From a virus (lineage: Duplodnaviria; Heunggongvirae; Uroviricota; Caudoviricetes): a stretch of 64,000 bases of DNA. Both the position numbers and the translations under genes were made by a program. Below, piece by piece: positions 55,113 to 63,751 of the stretch (the stretch's first letter is position 1; each line of letters starts with the position of its first letter). Where the stretch lies: IMG/VR virus record IMGVR_UViG_3300047189_000028. One strand, 5' to 3'. The notes beneath the pieces were generated by a model. It had not been told where the DNA came from. It did no database searches and was given only the letters and a program-made list of their open reading frames with translations.

Positions 55113-55291
55113 TAGACCACATCCTTCTTTTTAATCGTTCCACATTGCTCGCATTGTAGAACGTATCGTGTTCCAACTTTACATAATTCACCACCATCTT
55201 CTGGATGGCGATAAACTTTAAACACAGTCTCATCAATGGTTTTCCACTTATGAGCGTGTCCAAAAAGTAGTAGTTGAATTACTTTCCACAT
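55112..55291 (-). CDS. small zinc-ribbon protein (59 aa)
   Basis: TAATG coupling with the upstream gene; CKVG...CEQCG. Confidence 0.35.
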   Translation of the reverse strand: MWKVIQLLLFGHAHKWKTIDETVFKVYRHPEDGGELCKVGTRYVLQCEQCGTIKKKDVV

Positions 55292-55695
55292 TACAAAATT
55301 TCCTGAATCTTACTCACAACTTCGTCAAGTGAATTGACAATTGTTGTAGAGTGATAGATTAACCATGGTGATAGTCTTGCATCCCTTGATGTCCATACCA
55401 CAACTGGAATACCAAGCGTCCAAGCATAGAATACTTCCATACTTGTACCAACTGATGGCTTGTCGTAGTTTACGAGAACAATATCACAGTTACGGATATC
55501 ACGCTTATCAAGATCAACAATCTCACGATAATTGGAAAGTTCTTTACCACGATAGTCCCTCTTCATTGGATCTACGGAAGCAGGAAAATGTATCTTTACT
55601 ACTTCGCGCCAATTCCTTGCTTCTTCATTCGTGCAGCCATTAATAGGACCACACAAATAAACTTTAATTGTTTCCGGATTCATTTCAATCTCCAC
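55291..55695 (-). CDS. nucleoside 2-deoxyribosyltransferase / DNPH1(Rcl)-family protein
   Basis: KVYLCGPI...D...GTSMEVFYAWTLGIPVVVW matches the family pattern (YLAGP...GTAMELGYA.ALGKPV) with the catalytic Glu in GTSME. Confidence 0.55.
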   Translation of the reverse strand: MEIEMNPETIKVYLCGPINGCTNEEARNWREVVKIHFPASVDPMKRDYRGKELSNYREIVDLDKRDIRNCDIVLVNYDKPSVGTSMEVFYAWTLGIPVVVWTSRDARLSPWLIYHSTTIVNSLDEVVSKIQEIL

Positions 55696-55898
55696 ATCGC
55701 ATTTGTGGGGTCAATCTTACACTAGCTGACATAGGAGGGGCAAGGGTCCTCTCCGTTATGTGGTTGTCTTGCTTACAAAAGGGGCAACAAATTCCCTTAG
55801 GGACATAGTTCAAGTCTGTTGTTGCGTAACTCCACCAATTCTTACATTCGGAGCATGTGAAGTGAAATATTGTTTCTTTGTTATATTGTATTGCCATA

Positions 55899-56462
55899 TT
55901 ACCTCTTTGGCGGTTTCTTTTTAAGGAATGCCTTAAATTTCTTCTCCATCTTTTCTTTCCACTCACTACTATGTCGTCCACGCTTACCGAACAGTTCGCG
56001 AGCATCTGCCAATAGAACACCAGCTTCGTGGTATGCTTGTTCCCATTGCTTTCCAGGTTCCATAATATGTTTTAACTTATTGTTCTCTTCTTTTGTTACG
56101 TAATGAACATGACAATACTTGTCAACAATTGTTTTGACTTCTTCAAACGTTGGGGAGCGACCTTCACCAAACGTTGCCAGAATAAGCGTAACGATTTCTT
56201 CACCACCACGCTGTCTTGAGTGGTAATGATCTTCGCTGTGTCGAAACTTGGCACTATGTAGCTTCTTCTTAATCGCCGTTTGACTTGCCTTTCCGGTCCA
56301 TACACTTGGCATGTCGTGGATCATGTTCGCGTAATCACGACCGACACCTTTGAAGTCTTCAAATAAGACACGCTCAAGAGGTCGCTCGTGACGGAGCAAG
56401 TATTGCGAGTGAGATTCTACAGATTCAAACACCTTACGGAGCTTGGTCTCGTAATTTGACAT
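55899..56462 (-). CDS. hypothetical basic protein (187 aa)
   Basis: ORF track. Confidence 0.45.
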   Translation of the reverse strand: MSNYETKLRKVFESVESHSQYLLRHERPLERVLFEDFKGVGRDYANMIHDMPSVWTGKASQTAIKKKLHSAKFRHSEDHYHSRQRGGEEIVTLILATFGEGRSPTFEEVKTIVDKYCHVHYVTKEENNKLKHIMEPGKQWEQAYHEAGVLLADARELFGKRGRHSSEWKEKMEKKFKAFLKKKPPKR

Positions 56463-56561
56463 GTACTCTCTCTATTGTTATTCTTCTTCTCGAAGAGATT
56501 CTTGTCAGGCTATATTACATCAACGAAACATCACCTTCAACGAGTAGAGTATTTATGCAAT

Positions 56562-56598
56562 AAAAAAAGGGGTGCGTGAGAATCTCCCACGCACCCCT
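56562..56598 (-). terminator. strong rho-independent terminator GGGGTGCGTG-loop-CACGCACCCC plus T7 on the minus strand
   Basis: Read directly; after the SPFH gene stop. Confidence 0.7.
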
Positions 56599-56624
56599 AA
56601 GGTTATAGAACCTTCTGGTTGATC

Positions 56625-57866
56625 TTACTTCTTATCACCAGCCTTTACAGATAGATCAAGATTCAAATCTTTGGCAGCCTTGGCTGTCATGATTTCCATA
56701 AACGTCTGTGCACCATTTGCACCAGCACCCGAACCACCACCAAACACTGTGTTTGGTACGATGTTACCCTGGTACTTGGCAAACGCGTCTGCCCACGCAG
56801 ACTGCACTTCCTTGTATGTCTCAAGCTTCTGCGTCAACGCGCCGTCAGCATTAATGACAAGACGCTTCTTTTCAGCATCGCCCTGTCCTTCGAGAATCTG
56901 TTGCTGCTTGTAAGCTTCAGCCTGCTGAGCTGCAAGGATCGCAACCTGCTTGTTCTTCTCGGCAAGAGCAATTTCCTTCGCGTTGATTGTTTCCTGTTCC
57001 CACTTTGCCTTCGCGGCGTTGGCTTCACCCTGCTTAGCAGTTGTGATCGCATCCTGTTCAGCACGACGAGCGTTCGCCTGTGAAATCTGAACCTGAGTCG
57101 TCGCCTTCTGTCGCTCAGCAATCTGACCTTCGACAATATCGTTGTAGCGAATCTTGTTGATCGTTACAGGATACAGACGAATGCCGTGATCAGTAATCTG
57201 CGACGGAGCTGAACGAGCAGGATGACCATCAGTACCCACAACGATCTCAACAATCTTTGCTTCCTTGTCGGTGTTGGTCAGCGGATCGTGCTGAATAACA
57301 CTCTTCGTGTGAGTCAGGTACGGACCATTGACGAGCTGGTCATCAATGTACTGAGGGATCTCAGGACGACGTTCAGCGGACGATTCCGTTGACGACATCG
57401 TAGGACCGACAGTGTAAACAACCTTCTCAATCATTGGACGAATCAGCTGCTGCTCAATAGCTTCGAAGCTACCGAACTCGCGATGGATCTGGATCACCTT
57501 TGCAGTGTCGAGTGGCATATCCCACGAAACGACGCCGGATAAGTGCGCAGTACCACCATCGTTAAATCGAGTCTCAATCGACTCATCGACCTTACTGCCC
57601 TGATCCTTCGAAGAGCTGAAGGAATACTGAGCACGACGAGGATACTTCGTGTACTTGCCGAATCCCAACCACTTCCAGCCAGAGTCCGTGTATACGGAAA
57701 GACTGCCGCTGACTGGGCTCTGGACAACCATGATCTCATGAGCATCCACGTTTTCATACATATTCATCGCCATGACCGGAATACCGATCACTACGACCGC
57801 TGCCACCACGATTCCAAGAATGCCGAATCGGGAAAGAAGCGAAGTGCGACCTTCAGTTGTAGACAT
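56625..57866 (-). CDS. SPFH/band-7 domain membrane protein with long C-terminal coiled coil
   Basis: N-terminal TM, band-7-like core, Ala/Gln-rich coiled coil. Confidence 0.55.
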   Translation of the reverse strand: MSTTEGRTSLLSRFGILGIVVAAVVVIGIPVMAMNMYENVDAHEIMVVQSPVSGSLSVYTDSGWKWLGFGKYTKYPRRAQYSFSSSKDQGSKVDESIETRFNDGGTAHLSGVVSWDMPLDTAKVIQIHREFGSFEAIEQQLIRPMIEKVVYTVGPTMSSTESSAERRPEIPQYIDDQLVNGPYLTHTKSVIQHDPLTNTDKEAKIVEIVVGTDGHPARSAPSQITDHGIRLYPVTINKIRYNDIVEGQIAERQKATTQVQISQANARRAEQDAITTAKQGEANAAKAKWEQETINAKEIALAEKNKQVAILAAQQAEAYKQQQILEGQGDAEKKRLVINADGALTQKLETYKEVQSAWADAFAKYQGNIVPNTVFGGGSGAGANGAQTFMEIMTAKAAKDLNLDLSVKAGDKK

Positions 57867-57892
57867 AATATAACTCCTGTGTTATTGAAAAA

Positions 57893-58183
57893 TCAAGACT
57901 TCTGTTCAGGCTGCGTAGGAGCAGTCTCAACAGATGTTGGGTGCAGGGCGGCCTGCCTCTCGGCGAGTTTCTGTTTGAGAGAAACAACTGTAGATTCAAG
58001 CTCTGTGTCATCAAGCTGTGCTGTGACTTCCTGCTTTTCAGCGAGAAGTGCCGTACGTGACTTGCGAAACATTGGGAACAGAATCGTTCCGGTGAGTAGC
58101 GGAGCTAGTACCTGAGTGATGACAAAAGCAAGACCGAGGACAATCAAAAGCAATCTGAAAAATAAAAGCGCGGCCATATTCAT
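57893..58183 (-). CDS. small membrane protein upstream of the SPFH gene (NfeD-like operon position)
   Basis: TM helix plus coiled coil; TTAGGAGAATGAATATG RBS; operon partner of SPFH. Confidence 0.45.
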   Translation of the reverse strand: MNMAALLFFRLLLIVLGLAFVITQVLAPLLTGTILFPMFRKSRTALLAEKQEVTAQLDDTELESTVVSLKQKLAERQAALHPTSVETAPTQPEQKS

Positions 58184-58248
58184 TCTCCTAAAATAGAGGG
58201 GAGCAAATGCTCCCCTCTATTATCAATCAAACGACTTATCGAGTCAAC

Positions 58249-59178
58249 TTACTTCTTTGTAGGAGTAACGACCGGGATTTCGTACCAAGGCAGAACACCA
58301 TGGTCATTCGCATCAACCGACTGCCAGTTCGGCGAACCGCTGTCCTGAAGCTCAGCAACGTGCGTCACGAAGCAGTCACGGAAGTGCTTCTGAGCAAGGA
58401 CTTTGGCAGGCGTGCTGTACTTGCGTGTCAGCAAGGTAGCAATCGGAGCCAGAGTCTTGAGTGGGCCGCTCGTGATACCAGGATAGTTGATCGTAGCTGG
58501 ACGATACACACCACTAACACGGCTAGCAATTGACTCACCAATCGGAAGGATCTTGACTTCACCACGAGCAAACTTCGTGATGTTCGGCAGAGGAGCCGCA
58601 CCCACGAAAATTGCAGCAGCAATGTCGCCGCTCTTCAGAGCAGCAATCACCTGGTCACCAGTGTCGTAAGGAACAACGGTGAACCCACCCTCGCCCTGAC
58701 CCTGCAGAATGCGTGCCGTATAGACACCACCACCAGCAGCACCGACCCTGTAGCCACGCACATCAGCGAGGCTGTTAAACTGCGCCTTGCCAAAGCTGAA
58801 CGTACCGTTCTGACCAGTCTTCGACTCAACAAGAGCGATCACATGGATCGGCTCAGGGTAGAGAGCGACGAGCGTCTGGAACTTCGCATACGAACTGTCA
58901 GCCTGCGCATTGGCAAAGTAGACGTCGCTGTGAAGGAATGCGGCCTGTGCCTTGTTATTCACGAGAGCGTCGAGGTTACCAGGCGCGCCGCCGGTCACGC
59001 CGCGAGCCTGCTGAATGTTGAAATCGTCTGTCGAACAGACACCGATAATCTCACTCAGCATCTTCTGATACGTACCGCTTGAACTATCTGCAGCAATCGT
59101 GATGCTGCTGCCGTTGTCGTCCGCGAAGGCCGCAGTCGACAGAGCGACGAGGAACAATGATGCAATAAACTTCTTCAT
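58249..59178 (-). CDS. periplasmic solute-binding protein, TAXI-family TRAP-receptor-like
   Basis: Signal peptide. ITIAADSSSGTYQKM...AAFLHSDVYFA...YPEPIHVIAL...VRGYRVGAAGGGVYTARIL...GDIAAAIFVGAAP...VKILPI follows the TAXI pattern. Confidence 0.55.
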   Translation of the reverse strand: MKKFIASLFLVALSTAAFADDNGSSITIAADSSSGTYQKMLSEIIGVCSTDDFNIQQARGVTGGAPGNLDALVNNKAQAAFLHSDVYFANAQADSSYAKFQTLVALYPEPIHVIALVESKTGQNGTFSFGKAQFNSLADVRGYRVGAAGGGVYTARILQGQGEGGFTVVPYDTGDQVIAALKSGDIAAAIFVGAAPLPNITKFARGEVKILPIGESIASRVSGVYRPATINYPGITSGPLKTLAPIATLLTRKYSTPAKVLAQKHFRDCFVTHVAELQDSGSPNWQSVDANDHGVLPWYEIPVVTPTKK

Positions 59179-59215
59179 ATAAAACTCCTATCTATCAGTT
59201 GTGGTAAAACTAAAC

Positions 59216-59356
59216 TCAATTGATCCGAAGACCGCCATCTTGCGATGTGCTTACTGGCGGGCTGTCCTCGGAGTTATTACTTCCACCTTTTAGCAGGAAC
59301 ACTCCCACTGCAAGGGCCAAGAGCAACAGCAAAGTTGCGATTATTCGAAATTTCAT
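59216..59356 (-). CDS. small membrane/lipoprotein-like peptide (46 aa)
   Basis: ATGA-coupled to the upstream gene; hydrophobic N-terminus. Confidence 0.3.
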   Translation of the reverse strand: MKFRIIATLLLLLALAVGVFLLKGGSNNSEDSPPVSTSQDGGLRIN

Positions 59357-60114
59357 TTGCGAGCGACTCCTACACGCGTCTTGTCCGTGAAAGACGCCTC
59401 GATTACATTAGACGTCTGGTGAGTCAAAGCAGGCGTTGCATCAGTGTCATCAGGACCACTGAGTGCAGCAGCCGTCTCGAGTTCAGCAAACGCACGGTTC
59501 ATGGATGTGTACACAGCATCGACAGCTGTATCCGCCTTGAGCTTCTCGTAGAGATCACCAGTATCCATTCCAGCAGCCTTATTGGCAGCCTGAGCGGCCT
59601 GTGACATCTCCCAATAAGCCTTCATCTCGTCGAGCTTTGCATCACCTTCGTTGAGTGAATGCTCGGCATCACGAAGAGCCTGATACTTACGCTTGACGAG
59701 TTCGGTCATAGCAGCGAGCTGAGCTTCAAACTCAGGTGCACGTGCTGGAAACTTTTTCTTGAAGCCGTCAACCTTCGTTGCAAAGTTCTTCGCAGCAGTG
59801 GCGGCAGTTGTGACGTTTTCCTTAAAGGACTCGAAAGCCTTGCGCTTTTCGATCAGGAGATTTGTCAATGTCTCGATTGGATTGACCATCGCTTCAGAGA
59901 CAATTGCCTTGACCTTCCAGTTGGCAAACTTCATTGAAACAACTGGAGCGAGGTTGATAATCGCAACACCTACAACAGCTGCAAGTGCAAGGCCAATCAA
60001 GCCTTTAACGGCGAGGAACACGAACGGTGAGATCACCGCCGCACCAACGAGGCCGAGACCCCACTTGGCATACTTGGCGATCTTGTCGCGCTTGACATTG
60101 ATATCATCAGACAT
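59353..60114 (-). CDS. membrane protein with extended coiled-coil domain (253 aa)
   Basis: Two N-terminal TM helices followed by an alpha-helical Ala/Lys/Glu-rich region. Confidence 0.5.
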   Translation of the reverse strand: MSDDINVKRDKIAKYAKWGLGLVGAAVISPFVFLAVKGLIGLALAAVVGVAIINLAPVVSMKFANWKVKAIVSEAMVNPIETLTNLLIEKRKAFESFKENVTTAATAAKNFATKVDGFKKKFPARAPEFEAQLAAMTELVKRKYQALRDAEHSLNEGDAKLDEMKAYWEMSQAAQAANKAAGMDTGDLYEKLKADTAVDAVYTSMNRAFAELETAAALSGPDDTDATPALTHQTSNVIEASFTDKTRVGVARK

Positions 60115-60128
60115 ATAAAACTCCTAAA

Positions 60129-60620
60129 TTAGTCGGAAGAAGAACTTGAATCGGAACTACTGTCGCTCGACGAATAATCATTTGTGTCGCTCGACGAATA
60201 ATCATTTCGGTCAGCATTGTCCTCAATTTGGGGCGAAGAATCAACAACTGGTGAACCATTGGCATCCCAACTTCCACTTGCACCCGCACCAGAAAACTGA
60301 CCGCCACCACCTACAAACGCAGGTGCGTCATCAGTCTGTGTATTCCGGTTGTCCGAGCTGTTCAGTAAGTTGTCAACCAGCATAGCCGTTGTTAATGTTG
60401 AGACTAGACCATCATCTTCGTCGCGAACATAACCTGGTGGATTGATACGACGATTCGGAAACGTATATGGTCCTACCGCGCCAACAGTTGAGAGATGGGG
60501 TGCCAACTTGATTTTGTTCGCTGTATTCAGTCTGCGTTTTGCTCGGTAATGAAGAATCAGTACAGCAACACAAACGAGGCTGACACTTAGTGAAATCAAA
60601 AACCAAAAATTGGTATCCAT
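60129..60620 (-). CDS. membrane-anchored protein with Ser/Asp-rich low-complexity C-terminus and tandem repeat DYSSSD
   Basis: 21-bp direct DNA repeat at 60163-60208. Confidence 0.45.
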   Translation of the reverse strand: MDTNFWFLISLSVSLVCVAVLILHYRAKRRLNTANKIKLAPHLSTVGAVGPYTFPNRRINPPGYVRDEDDGLVSTLTTAMLVDNLLNSSDNRNTQTDDAPAFVGGGGQFSGAGASGSWDANGSPVVDSSPQIEDNADRNDYSSSDTNDYSSSDSSSDSSSSSD

Positions 60621-60684
60621 TTTTCAACTCCTATAAAGAGGGGCGCACGGAGCGCCCTCTTTATTTTGTTGCCCACCAGTTTGA

Positions 60685-61212
60685 TTAGGCCTTTTCGCGC
60701 CAGATCATCAACGTCTTCGAAGTCTTGTCCTTCTTGACCTTGACAGTACCGCCGCCAACAGTATCAAAGCGCTTACTCTGACGCAGGACAGCGATTGAAA
60801 CGCCGTGCGTCTTGGCAAACTCGTCTGCATTTGTTGGGGAGGCTGGGATCGAAGAGAAAGCCTGAGTGATCTTATCACCCTTGCGGCCACGCTTCTTCTG
60901 TTCGCGAACCTTAGCCGTTGCGGTCTCAGGTGCTGCCTTTGTGGAAGTAACTGTTGGCTTCGTACGAACCGGAGCCTTTGTGGTCGTTACCGTCGTCGAT
61001 TCGTCACTGGCTTCGCTTGAAGCGAACAGAGTGCCATATGAACCAACATCAAGTGTATTCGAAAGACTGAACACACCGGCCTTTAGCTGATTGCGTGCAA
61101 CATCAAGCTCAGGCTGAGTGATGCCGAACGCTTCACAAGCCTGCTCGTCTGTTGGCTTGTAATGATTGATCAATGTCAATCGATCATTCCATGTAAATGA
61201 CTTACCTTTCAT
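60685..61212 (-). CDS. AT-hook (KKRGRKG) protein, putative DNA-binding
   Basis: RGRKG AT-hook-like; HTH-like FGITQPELDVARNQL. Confidence 0.45.
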   Translation of the reverse strand: MKGKSFTWNDRLTLINHYKPTDEQACEAFGITQPELDVARNQLKAGVFSLSNTLDVGSYGTLFASSEASDESTTVTTTKAPVRTKPTVTSTKAAPETATAKVREQKKRGRKGDKITQAFSSIPASPTNADEFAKTHGVSIAVLRQSKRFDTVGGGTVKVKKDKTSKTLMIWREKA

Positions 61213-61307
61213 ATTAAAACCTCATTGTGAATGTGATGGAGATTACCTCCCCATGGTGAACACTATACCGTTATCCCTAAACTTTGTCAACCATAATCGT
61301 GAAAACA

Positions 61308-61679
61308 CTACTTTTTTGGGAATTTGACGACCGAAGGCTCGCCCTGTTGATTGAGAACTTCCTCAGGATTCTGCAAGGTTTGCTGAAATTCCTTGACCCC
61401 AATCCAGAACATTTCAACCATACGATTCATGCGAGCAGTCGGATCTTTGAAGTTGCGCAGTTCTTGTTGAATGCGCCAATTGAACGCGTGAGCTCTTTGC
61501 TGGCGTTCAGGGGTGAGAGTTGAAATGTACTCTTCCATGATTTCTTTCACCTTCGCTTCCGCTGCGACAGGATCAGTATCGAATAACGTACTAAGTTCAT
61601 CAAATGTTACATTCATCAAGGTACTCCTAGGGGAGATATTAATGAGGCGAACGAATAACTTAAGTACATCTTCTTTCAT
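61308..61679 (-). CDS. hypothetical protein (123 aa)
   Basis: ORF track. Confidence 0.45.
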   Translation of the reverse strand: MKEDVLKLFVRLINISPRSTLMNVTFDELSTLFDTDPVAAEAKVKEIMEEYISTLTPERQQRAHAFNWRIQQELRNFKDPTARMNRMVEMFWIGVKEFQQTLQNPEEVLNQQGEPSVVKFPKK

Positions 61680-61897
61680 TCAATGGTACAGAGGATCACA
61701 CCTCTGTTGCCGAGTTGAACTCGTGGTGCAAGTCCATAGCCTTCCAATAGCTTGACTAGTTCATTGCGAATCACTCCATGACCAACAATAAACTCAGCAT
61801 CTTCTGTCTTGCGTGAAGAGCGAATCGATCCAACAACATCTTCAGCATCACAAAGTGCTTCGTGAAGTCTAAAAGCGTGATAGTCGCGACGAATCAT
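61676..61897 (-). CDS. Smr-domain-like small protein
   Basis: DYHAFRLHEAL...FIVGHG...LEGYG loosely follows the Smr pattern (DLHG..v.eA...iItGkG). Confidence 0.35.
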   Translation of the reverse strand: MIRRDYHAFRLHEALCDAEDVVGSIRSSRKTEDAEFIVGHGVIRNELVKLLEGYGLAPRVQLGNRGVILCTIE

Positions 61898-62155
61898 TTA
61901 GTTCACCGGAAAGAGAACAACGCAACGCTTCTTCTTGAGGATTTTCTTCCATTCGGCTTCATCCATGCCAGCGGCATCTGCGGTCCATTCGGTTGAGTAG
62001 ACTTCTCCTGACCACGTAGTGTCAGGAATATAGACGGAGTTGGTATAGACATCCGAAAGAGGAGAGTATCCATTGCCTTCGCTATCTTTCTGAAGGATTA
62101 CGTCGGCGTCTTGCTTGCATTCAAGCAAGGCTGCAATCAATGCTTTGACTTTCAT
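61898..62155 (-). CDS. hypothetical protein (85 aa)
   Basis: ORF track. Confidence 0.4.
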   Translation of the reverse strand: MKVKALIAALLECKQDADVILQKDSEGNGYSPLSDVYTNSVYIPDTTWSGEVYSTEWTADAAGMDEAEWKKILKKKRCVVLFPVN

Positions 62156-62605
62156 TTACAGCTCCCAAGGAAATTCAATCCAGTTTGCATCTTTCGGAAT
62201 CGTCTGCCAAATATAGTCTGGTGTGATTACAGCGCCTTCCTTATGATAAAGAGCAGCCGTTCGAACTACATTTCCGTTCAGACGATAAAACTTGTCGACT
62301 TCTTTCATAGTATACCCTGAATCACAGATATCGTCAACGATTAGGATATCCCACGTGATTGGGAACTCTGGCAACACATTTTCGTACTCTTTATACTCTC
62401 CGTTTCCTTTCTTTGATGAGTATGACACTGGAAACATTTTGACCTGGAGCAGATGTGACATAATTACGGCGGGAACTAGGCCACCACGCGCAAGGCCAAT
62501 AATCGCTTTTGGCTTGTAGTTGGTATCTTGTGACACTTTAATTGAAAGGAACGCAGCCCCCTTCTCTACTTGTGTCCACGATGGATGTACTAATGTTGCT
62601 TTCAT
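62156..62605 (-). CDS. gpt: xanthine-guanine phosphoribosyltransferase (Gpt)-like type I PRTase
   Basis: IIGLARGGLVPAVIM, PRPP loop ILIVDDICDSGYT and C-terminal NWIEFPWEL parallel E. coli Gpt (IIAVSRGGLVPGALL; FIVIDDLVDTGGT; TWIEQPWDM). Confidence 0.65.
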   Translation of the reverse strand: MKATLVHPSWTQVEKGAAFLSIKVSQDTNYKPKAIIGLARGGLVPAVIMSHLLQVKMFPVSYSSKKGNGEYKEYENVLPEFPITWDILIVDDICDSGYTMKEVDKFYRLNGNVVRTAALYHKEGAVITPDYIWQTIPKDANWIEFPWEL

Positions 62606-62979
62606 TTCTTTACAATCCCCATCGCACGGTCATACGCGTCATGTGCATTTCTGCCTTTTCCTTCGTTTGCAACTTCTTCATATACACACCAGAACGGCGA
62701 TAGATCAAGCATTCCACTCCAACGCATTGCCACACAATGGAGCGAACCACCATAGTTCTTTGGAGCAGGTGGCATTGCCTCATCTAACACAATCAAGGTT
62801 GGATCACCATAACGACGAACTGCTTCTCTAAAAATTGGTAACCTGTCTGGTTGAAAGTTCGTAACACCTGTTCCACCTTCTGTCCAGTGCTTCATAATAA
62901 TGTTCTTCATGGTCCAATTCCTTTCATTGCTCGTTCGTAGCTTTCGTTTGGATTTTCTTTCTTTGCTCTTGAGTTGCAA
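62602..62979 (-). CDS. hypothetical protein (start possibly at internal MKNIIMKHW)
   Basis: ORF track. Confidence 0.4.
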   Translation of the reverse strand: MQLKSKERKSKRKLRTSNERNWTMKNIIMKHWTEGGTGVTNFQPDRLPIFREAVRRYGDPTLIVLDEAMPPAPKNYGGSLHCVAMRWSGMLDLSPFWCVYEEVANEGKGRNAHDAYDRAMGIVKK

Positions 62980-63110
62980 TAGATGATATATTGCTCAATG
63001 TGTTTAATCGCCTCAGCAAGGGATGTAACCTGAGCATCTCTCAACATAGTATTAACCTTATGAGCTGAAACTGCATCGTGATAATCTTGACTGTCCTTGC
63101 TGTGATTCAT
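62907..63110 (-). CDS. hypothetical protein (67 aa)
   Basis: ORF track. Confidence 0.4.
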   Translation of the reverse strand: MNHSKDSQDYHDAVSAHKVNTMLRDAQVTSLAEAIKHIEQYIIYCNSRAKKENPNESYERAMKGIGP

Positions 63111-63751
63111 TAACTGATTGCCTTGGTGAAAATCTTGCGAACGATGCGCGCGGACTCCAGCGCCTGCTCAGCATCCGTGAGTGCATTGTGGTCGCCACGA
63201 TGTTCGAAACCAACGGCTTCAAACAGGTCGTCGCTGTTGTACGTCATAAACGTTGCGAAGCCGATTGAGTTCGTATCGTAATGGCGATTGCCGAACTTGA
63301 GCGGCACCCCATGACGACGGAATAGATCGCGGAAGAATGGCATATCAAACGTGTGAACATTGTGACCAAGGCAGCGAATATTGCCTGTTGGTCCCCAATA
63401 CTTCAAAATCATCTCACCCATCTGAACAACAGCATCTTCTTCATCAACACCGTTCTTTTCTAAGTAGGCTTGTGTCAACCCGTGGATCTGTTCGGCGCGA
63501 GTTCCCCACTGTGAGTCAGCCTTTTGCTGCTTCTTGCTTGTTGGATTCCATTTGATCTCAACATACATCTTCTCAATTGGCTTTAGTGTCGTGCTATCAG
63601 CGACAATTAGTCCCCAAGACACAGCCTGGTGACGTTCACCAGTGTCTGGATTGTGAGTAGGATCGTCCTGGTTTGTGCACAGGCCTGTTGTTTCGCAATC
63701 CATTGCGAGTAGGTATTGGAAGTAGCCACGTGGTTTGTTATCTTTTGCCAT
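63110..63751 (-). CDS. DEDDh 3'-5' exonuclease (DnaQ/RNase T-like)
   Basis: Exo I LAMDCETTGL, Exo II HNVHTFDMPF, Exo III HNALTDA. Confidence 0.65.
   Translation of the reverse strand: MAKDNKPRGYFQYLLAMDCETTGLCTNQDDPTHNPDTGERHQAVSWGLIVADSTTLKPIEKMYVEIKWNPTSKKQQKADSQWGTRAEQIHGLTQAYLEKNGVDEEDAVVQMGEMILKYWGPTGNIRCLGHNVHTFDMPFFRDLFRRHGVPLKFGNRHYDTNSIGFATFMTYNSDDLFEAVGFEHRGDHNALTDAEQALESARIVRKIFTKAIS

Larger units (their letters stand above)
51482..55114. mobile_element. AT-rich inserted island (homing endonuclease, N6A-MTase, possible REase, small ORFs) flanked by the intact queE start and a diverged queE 5' remnant
   Basis: GC drop read directly. The remnant 55073..55112 encodes MAKYEWSEVFMSIK versus QueE MAKYEWSEIFMSIE (~80 percent nt identity). 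Confidence 0.5.
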
